Source of the DNA: Nymphaea colorata
Lineage: Eukaryota
Length of the DNA: 64,000 nucleotides
Assembly: GCF_008831285.2 (NCBI RefSeq)
Contig: NC_045138.2
Location: forward strand, 25,544,001 to 25,608,000
Reading direction: 5' to 3'
Below, piece after piece: positions 51,072 to 64,000 of the stretch. A program made the translations under genes and the position numbers. The notes below the pieces were generated by a model. That model searched no databases. It was given only the letters and a program-made list of their open reading frames with translations, and was not told the origin of the DNA. Positions within the stretch are counted from its first letter, which is position 1. The number at the start of each line of letters is the position of its first letter.

Positions 51072-53035
51072 GAACAGATCGATTGTTGACTTCTGTATTT
51101 TACGTGGCGTCTATCAATTGTCAGAACCATCCCGTTATACCCCAATGGAGAAGAAAAGAAAAGAAAAATTAGTAACTCCCAAAAGCTTCTTCTTTCATTT
51201 TTATATTTTGGTCAAACCTTCAAATTTTCATTTCCTCTATGCAATTATCAAGTGCATCGTGACAACGACGCCTCAACAACTACTGATTACTTACCCAAAA
51301 ACGGACTGCAGAATCCCCATTACAGTATATGCTAAGAAACGATTCCCATGAATCGTCAAATGGTCCTCGTTTTGCCTTTTCTTTCTTCTATTCTCAACTT
51401 TATATGTTTTTACAGATGTGATTGAGCTTTAAATTGTCTTACAGCCTAGTCAGTTTTATGAAACAAAGGTGAGGTAAGCTAGCTCTTAATGTTCTTCCAC
51501 GTAGCAGAAAACCCACTCTTGGGGTGAGAAATCTGACCGCATCAGTTTAACCTGCCGCAGTACTCATGATCGTCTCCCCAGTATTGTAAGATTCATAGGT
51601 GAAGGCTCTTTGAACACCAAAAAGCTTGCACTTAGACAAACTGATGTCTGAACCCATGATCGGCCACCCAAAGAACAGGGCCCTTGCTACCGAGCCATGG
51701 TGCACCCAGTGGGTCCTTTTCTACCGCACCAAGGTGCTTCCCAACCAAGTTTGTGTCAACCCTGAACATAAAACTTGCACCTAATGGGTGTTTTAATGTC
51801 TTGGTAGACAATAGTGCCATAATGGGACCAAGGATGACCTACATATGGTTCGGCCTTTCCAACCCGATGTTTGTCTAACTCAAATAAATGGAAATTAATT
51901 GTAGAAGCGTTACAACCTGCATTTACCTCTTAGTCGCCAACAGTCGGATATTGACAAATTAAGAAAAAAAGTAAAGAACTTTCCCACTTCGAAACCCGAA
52001 TGAAGTTTCTCGGATACCACCCTGCTTTTTCCTATCAAGCAGTATATAATTCACTCTGTAACTTACTTTTAACCATGCCTGACACCTTTTCAAGTGAAGA
52101 AAGATAAACAGATAAGCATCCCTCCAAGGTGTCATTAAGTACAAGCAGACAAATTACAAAAATAAACGTTGAACTCTAATGGCAAATGCAGACATGGAAA
52201 ATTTTTCATTTATTTCTTTCGAGGGATGATAGTTATTCTTCTTCTCTGTGGAGCACTAAGCTGAAGAAGATATTGACAAAGCTGGGGTGGAATGTGTCAC
52301 AGAGTTCTTCTGCTTACGCAAAGTGCCCTCCTCCAAGAAGGGCCAGTACACATTGGTGGACACGTTTTTGTCCGCAGCCTGGTTTTAGGTGAGAAGCCAA
52401 AGAAAAAGCCAAAAAGGAAAGGATGGGAAATAGGGGGGTTGCTGAAATGCATGACAGGCACCAGTGCAGTCTCCCCCATCCATGGCATTCCCACGCTTTC
52501 CTCCCCTCACCAAAACTGCTGATGCATGGTCAAATCGAACGTGGAAATTAATTGAAGCTGCTCATCACTCACAGGCGCGCGCACGCACACACATGTGCAT
52601 ATGTATGTGCTAATATTAGATTTTTTTATATATGTATGCTTATGTGCGGGGGTGTGTATTATGTGTGCATGTATGTGCCTAATGTGTTTGTGTATGTTAG
52701 TTTTGTGTCTCTATGTAAAAGTAATGTGTTCATTCGTGTGTGTGAAGTGCAGATGGCGTGTGCTCTCTTGTCTCGTGGTGAAGACAAAATTCACTCAATT
52801 TGACCTGAGTGAAATGTTAAGCATCTCTAGTTTGTTAAGAATCATGCACTGAATTGCAATTTTTTGGAAGGAAATTATTACTTTTAGCTCATGGAATCAG
52901 GAAAAACAATGGCTTCACATCGATCAGGACAATAACTTACAGACTGGAATGATGTTACTAATAAACTTTTAGATTATAGGATATCTTAATCAACTGATTA
53001 AATGGTTTCGAGATAAGAGTTCAACAAGTGTGTGT

Positions 53036-53078
<43 letters not shown>

Positions 53079-53926
53079 AGCCGAGATTGTTGATTGCATC
53101 GATCATATTAATTTGGAAGGATAAACACCTATCAGAAGTTTTTTTCCTGTTGATGATGTATAATGTTGTGAAACACTGCTAATCACATCTGTACGACGGC
53201 AGGATCCTGCTTAACCCCATTCACAGAATGGGGGAAGAGAGAAGAATGGCACCACCAATTGAAAGGAAGGGTGACTGAGGCATAGCATTCGCTCACTAAA
53301 CATACTACGTACTTGTTCCTGCTTACCTAAAGGCAAAAACTGTAAACAAGTCCACAGTACCTCTATTTTCATTCATGAGCAAGCTATCTTTTGGGCTCAA
53401 GTTGCACCTTATTGGAGCATTCCTCAAGCATCTTGAGTTTATTAAGCAGGATCAGCCCTAACGGCTATCTAAGAGTTCCAAAAACGAGAGAGAAAGAGAA
53501 ATAATGGAGTTAATAGAAACGGCCAATGTTCTTTTCTACTAAGGAAATAAATCCAAGATATTCAAACACAGGTAGATGCCACATAGAAGGCGGGCTGGGA
53601 AATGAACACCAAAAGAAGTTGGCTCAGGCCAAGCCATTTGTCACCCGCATTTCAGCCTCTGATCAAAAATTGCCAACCCATGTCCTTCACAGATCTACCA
53701 TCTCCCTTCCCCCCTTACCAAGATTGTTTCTTCTTAGTTTCACCTCCCACACCACTCGGCACGTTACCCTTCCCCTGCAGCAAAGTGTCCCATCATCTGT
53801 GGGTCTATCTCTCACAACCCATACCTCTCCTTCTCCTTCTTCTACCCACATCTAAGCCCATTCCCACCATCTTCACCAACAGCACCACCAATAGCTTGTG
53901 ATCACTGATCAGTTTGCTGAGCAATT

Positions 53927-58511
<4,585 letters not shown>

Positions 58512-58564
58512 CCTTCCTTCATCATGAGATGTTGCTGTAGTTACAGAAGCTGATGCGATCTTGG

Positions 58565-58566
<2 letters not shown>

Positions 58567-58625
<59 letters not shown>
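58567..58625. repeat. (CT)n microsatellite just 3' of the plus-strand B3 stop codon
   Basis: Uninterrupted TC run. Confidence 0.95.
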
Positions 58626-58627
<2 letters not shown>

Positions 58628-58788
58628 GTTAGTGTCGGTATCTTAGTCCGTGTTGTGGAATAACTTTCCATAAGCAATGTGAAAAACTCAGACGGAAATA
58701 TCTTGACTATGGTTCTTCAACTCAGAGTTTTATACTGCTAAAGGGACAAAATATATGTAGGAGTACAGATCACAACGGTGCGCCAACG

Positions 58789-58971
58789 TTTCCCACTTCA
58801 AGAGTGGGTTCTCTGTCATCGAAATTAAGGTTTTAGGTCTAAGACAGCTTATAGTGAAGAATCTCGTCCTCCCCAGCTGGTTTCCCACTTCAAGAGTGGG
58901 TTCTGTCATCGAAATTAAGGTTTTAGGTCTAAAGACAGCTTATAGTAAAGAATCTCGTCCTCCCCAGTTGG
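58789..58971. repeat. Tandem duplication, period about 92 bp, two copies
   Basis: TTTCCCACTTCAAGAGTGGGTTCT...GAATCTCGTCCTCCCCAG(C/T)TGG at 58789 and 58881. Confidence 0.9.
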
Positions 58972-59664
58972 TTCCTGTATTATATATATATATATATATA
59001 TTCTTAAACAGTTTAGATGCTTGGACCTCTCATATGTATGTATACTTTGCCAGATCAAATTGAGCCTAAGACAATCAAACACAAGCATCAATTCAATCAT
59101 AAGATGGTAGAATCAGAGAATTTCTGCCACAGTTTTCTTCGAACAATTGCCTCAAACAAAAAGGCGAATCCCTGTGTCACAACTCCCCTCCAACAAGCAT
59201 CAGGCTATATGTTTGAACCGAGGAAGGATTTTTCAGAGCAGAGTAGACAGGCCTCAGGGATACGGGAAACAGAAAAAGAAATAAGAGACACAACAGTTGT
59301 AAAACATAAGCAAGAAGTCATTTAATCTTTTAAACTCAATGGAAGATACATCTTGATAACGCCGTTCAAATCCCATACCCATCTCTTGAGCAAGTTTCTT
59401 AGAAATGAACCTTTAAAATCTCTACTTCTTCCTAGAGGTATGTTGCTTCTTGAACTCCCTGGCACCCAACATCTCAAAAGCAAGAAGAGATGCAGTTCAA
59501 AAGGAGCACCCACCGCTATAGGCGACACATTTCTGTCTTTCCTACCAAGGAGATGAGCAAATTATTACCTGTAATACCATACACTGCCAAACAACTTACT
59601 GCTACAACATAGACGTCCAGACACAGAGGCAGAGAGAGAGCGAGAGGAAGAGAGCGGTGACTGT

Positions 59665-62600
59665 CTAGCCTAGTTTCTTGGCATCAAAATCGTCCATGTC
59701 CACCGTCTCGTTGTAAAGGGAGAGATCAATGTCCTCGAAGCTGTCAAACTTCTCCAGCGAGCTGAAGTTCCAGTCGTAGAGTTCGCTCATGGATGACATT
59801 ATGGAGCTGCAGCTACCAAACATATCGTCTGAGAACTCAGCACCATCTTCTCCTCCAAATTCTGAAGATGGTTCTCTCACCAACTTCAACCCAACGTCGC
59901 CTTTGCTGCTGTTACCTTCGGTGGCTACAGTACGCTCGCCAACGTTTTGGTCATGGTCGCTTGAAGCGTCTGAGAGAACCAACTGATCACTCTGCTCCGC
60001 AGATAAATCTTCATCAATCCAATCTTGAGAAGAGGGCATTGATTCCTCTGATTTTCTCGCCGATATAAACTGCTTCCAAGTATAGAACTTGTCACTGTAT
60101 TTTCTTCTCGGGATCTAAATGGTTAAATCTACACAGTTCAGGACATGAAAGCCTACTAGAAAAATGACGCCTTTTCAAGAACTACTGTTTGTCCTTTTTT
60201 TCCAGGGTTCTATTTTTCCTTAGCTTAGTATTACACATTAACTTCTAATATATGCTGCAGCGCGAGGTGAATTGTGATTAAGCCTTATATTCCATTGCTA
60301 TGTTCAACTGGAGTTCATTTGCATTTATTTCAAGTAGCAGCCTGAGGGACAGAAGGTTCCTTTTCCTTGCCAAGATGAAAATGGTTCGTGCTTTTGTTAA
60401 ATAAATCAACAGTGGGGGGCGTCCATGGGGACTTCTTGTGACTGAAAAAGACCGTTTTACGGAATCGAATACCGTGCTTTTCTAAGGACTTGTAAATTGT
60501 TTGCATCTAGCAATGGCTCAAATTGTTTCATCACTCAGTATTAAAGTGTGCTATGGCAACGGCGGAGATATCGGAAATTTTTCACGGCCCAAGGCCCCAA
60601 AGCATTAAGTTATCGTGCAGACCGATCAGTGGAGGCGAGTAAGAAAGAACTTACAAATTGCTGAGTTTCTTCATCCCGGAAGAGCAGGATAAAATCTCCA
60701 CTATGAAGATGATATTTCCTTACAAAATCTCCTGTGATTACGAATCATTAACTACCCTATTCATTTAGACGAATAAACTAAAGTTTGAAAACCAAAGGAA
60801 GGAGCAAAGTACCTGTATTTTCCAGAACATACATCCTGCTTTTATTGTTTGGCCAAAATCTGTTAGTTCACACAATCCCAAACATAGCATCAGAAGATCA
60901 CCTCATATACCAAAAATAATCTACTATTTTAGGCATGGAATGTAAAACACGAACAAACAGTGCTCCATTGAATGACCCTCAAAGACACTATTAGAGGATT
61001 CTTATAATTGCTTGACGAGAAAAAAGCTTCTCTTCTTATGACTGTTGACAAGTTCACAATTTTTTCCAGCTATCAAGTTCCTCGTGATTTTATAAACCGA
61101 AGAATATTAGTAGTAGGAACACGGACAAGGGCAAATGTACTGGCTAATTCGTCACCAGAGTGTTGGAATTTGGCCTTTTGTGCCTAGATTATTCTCAAGA
61201 TCAGATGTTAATCGCGTATTCAACTTTTGATTTCCCTTCCTCTTAAAAGTCTGAAGTCTAACTCCCTTTTCACCTTGCCACAGGATGGAAGTCACTTTGT
61301 TCTACTGTGTCACTAAAATATTCGTTGCATAATACTTGAATTTTTGGACAATTTGATCTGAGGTGATCTAGAAGAACTGCTTTCTATAGAAGATCTGCTT
61401 TGTATTAATAATGAAAGTTCACTTCCCTGAGAGTTGATTTCGCTTTCATTTTTTCAAAAAGCTGGTGACCTCCAACATCCAAACCTTACCAAAAGTTCAT
61501 GGAAAAACTCAGAACCATAAAAAGCTTAGACAACAACAGAATGGCAGGGTTAAAACTCGATGTACAGTTTTCAATTTGACTATTTTAGCAATCCTCACTC
61601 ACAGTGAGTTGATTTTCAATTGTTAGAAACTACTAGCGAAAAACCAAGAACATCAATAGCGTAAAAAGTCAGAATGTTTGTGCTAAAATTATTGACATCA
61701 CACCTTCAGCAACTAGTTAACAAGTCCACATACGCATATATACTCTTTTTTCATTTCATCATGCTTCGAATTTATCTCGTTTAACAAATAAAGCGCCTCG
61801 AAAGTTTCTGTAGATTGGAAAGAAGTGGGGAAATTGTCGTCTGCTGATTCTCGCTCCTTAGGTTCTTCTTCTTAAAAATTGCGAGTCAAAATCTGGCCTC
61901 TCTCTCAAAATGTTGATCACATTCACGGGTTAATATCATATGGCTTTTACTCTCAAAAGTTACGTATATGGCCGATTTTCACTTAAAAATTCTCACTGGG
62001 AAAGAAAGCAAAGCATTTATGATGTGACACAAAGAAGTCAAAGTGTACTTTGATCTACGGCATCGGTTGCTTAAATGAACGGCCAGGATGACTTCAGCTA
62101 GGTCGCATTCTGCCTTGTATCATACAGATGTCAACAGGAAACTGAAAAAGTTTGGTCAGAATGTTAGCATTTTTCCAACAACGAGTGGTCGAAGCTGAGG
62201 TGGGGATCCGTCCTTCTCCACCCTTGGATTTCTTCCTTCTTCAATTCTCGAGATGATCTATTGGACCTATGAACTTGTAGCCAATGTCATAAGCGACATC
62301 AATATGGACCTTTTGGGCATTGTGCAGTCAAAGATTCATTTACTAAGCAAACCATAACCCCAGATCTGTTAGTAGACTTCAATTTTCAAAGAGTTATTAA
62401 AAGGAATTAGTCCTGAATTTTAAAGGCTTATTAGAAAACTAAACAGAAGATATTTTTAAAATCGCATGCAGTTTATCTTCAATTATTCAAATTTCAAACA
62501 CCTAATCCTGGTAGCCTTTTCTTTTAACCTAGTTCGTAGGTAATAAATTCAAAAACATGCCACCTTTCTTTCTGCCTAGGAGGGCAATTTTGACCTTTTC

Positions 62601-63948
62601 TGGGATAAAAAAATCATATCTGAGTGAAAAAAAAAAGAAAGATAAATCTGGATACAAACTAAACGTGTTGTTTTAGTTAAGAATAAAAACAAATGACGTG
62701 TGCATTTTAAAATTGCCCCGCTTTTTGGTAATTATGAAAATTTAATTAGCTCCTTTATTTTTGCAACTCAAATTTCAAATGGTTGACCTGTATCTCAAGT
62801 TCCAAGCTTGGGAGCTCTCCATGTCCTTGAATTTGATCCGGATGCCTTCCTTGTCTGCAAGCGATGGAAGATTTGCCTCTGCTTCTTTCTGTTCATACAA
62901 ATACAGAGAAATTATAGACCAACGTCGGATTCGGAAATGTACAGTAGCATTTAGTACTGAAATACATAACCAATGATGATTTTTATAGCAGAGAAGAGAA
63001 GAAAAAGAAATCCAAAATGGAAAAGAAGCAACCTTTGGTATTATAACTCTTCCAAGAGAGCTTACATCACTATTCTTCAGCTCCTTCTGTAGCAGCAATT
63101 TTAAATTCTGTATACATTAAAAGTTCAAATCATAAACCAGCTATATTCAAAATGGAACGAAGAAGCTCAAGTGTTGACGAAAACAACAAATAAAAAAAGC
63201 CCCCCACTTTGTTGAAAGAATGATCTTGAAGGACCAAATGCCTCTTTTTGGTGCCATTTGCCTCTTTCTTCTTTGTTTTGCCAGCCTTCCAAGAGGGAGA
63301 CTTGCTGCTTCTGATGAAACGAGAAAAGCTCGGGCTGTTTTTTCTTGCTATCCTTCTCTTGCTCCTCGCTGCCCTCGTTATAGACAGACCGAATGACCAC
63401 GAGTTTCCGACGCCGCCGCCTTCGCCGCCGTCACCACCACCCTTCTCATCGCCACCACCGAGATAGTGGGAACTCAGATTGGGATCAGGAGGCTGCTCGG
63501 GAACGCCACCAGTAATGGTGGTGTCCATGAGCGGGTGCAAGTAATTTGAGTAATCAGGGGACGGAAAGGGGAAGTGATCATTGGTGGGCAGGGTCAGAAA
63601 GGCATCAAAAGGCGAAGGCGTGGGTTGTGGAGAGGACGGAGAGTCGAGGCATGGAGGAGTATCCAACCACATTTTAGCAATATGGAAAGGAGACAGAAGG
63701 CATGGGAAGAATGGCTGAAAGAGGAGGTGGTCTTGATGGTGGTGGTGGCGGTGGGGGTGGAACGGTGGTCGTGGTGGTGGTGGTGGTAGTGGTACTGGTG
63801 GTGGTGGTGGTGATGTTGGGAAATGAGGTGGGGTGGGTGGAGAGAGAGACGACGGAGCCAATGGGGAGGATCCACTTTTTGGGAGGAGAAGAGAAACGCG
63901 TCGGGTGGAGGTGGTGCTGGTGGTGGAGGGACGGAAGGAGGGATCCAT
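59665..63948 (-). CDS. B3-domain transcription factor, LAV/AFL family (LEC2/FUS3-like), about 481 aa (389 aa if initiated at Met 63672), 6 exons
   Basis: Exons 63948-63208, 63107-63033, 62888-62788, 60859-60813, 60731-60655 and 60069-59665. B3 domain QKELKNSDVSSLGRVIIPKKEAEANLP...[39 protein letters not shown]; B2-like TRAARSKRRIARKN; acidic C-terminus. Confidence 0.93.
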
Positions 63949-64000
63949 ACTTGGAGGGGAAGGGATGGGCGAGGAAGAGCGTGAGGGGAGGTGGGAGGGC

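Overview
Flowering-plant nuclear DNA with spliceosomal GT-AG introns, abundant (GA)n/(AT)n microsatellites and MITEs. The repeat style is reminiscent of a water-lily-type basal angiosperm, but this is unverified. Six protein-coding genes are supported. (1) A conserved uncharacterised plant protein on the minus strand that runs off the left edge. (2-3) Two Dof zinc-finger transcription factors on the minus strand, about 16 kb apart. (4) An intronless CXE/HSL-family carboxylesterase with an intact Ser-Asp-His triad. (5-6) Two LEC2/FUS3-like (LAV-family) B3 transcription factors arranged tail-to-tail with identical internal exon sizes (75/101/47/77 nt). The most interesting signal is the asymmetric divergence of the B3 pair: the plus-strand copy appears to have lost the ancestral start (ATG to TTG), keeps a decayed N-terminal extension in its leader, and has a changed B3 motif (ENTG to QNAR). 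Intergenic DNA holds MITEs, a SINE-like element, LINE/gag remnants, local tandem duplications and an orphan GC/CpG-rich island with TCP-like sites. No rRNA, tRNA or CRISPR array, and no miRNA I could recognise. All gene models were spliced by eye and need RNA-seq confirmation.
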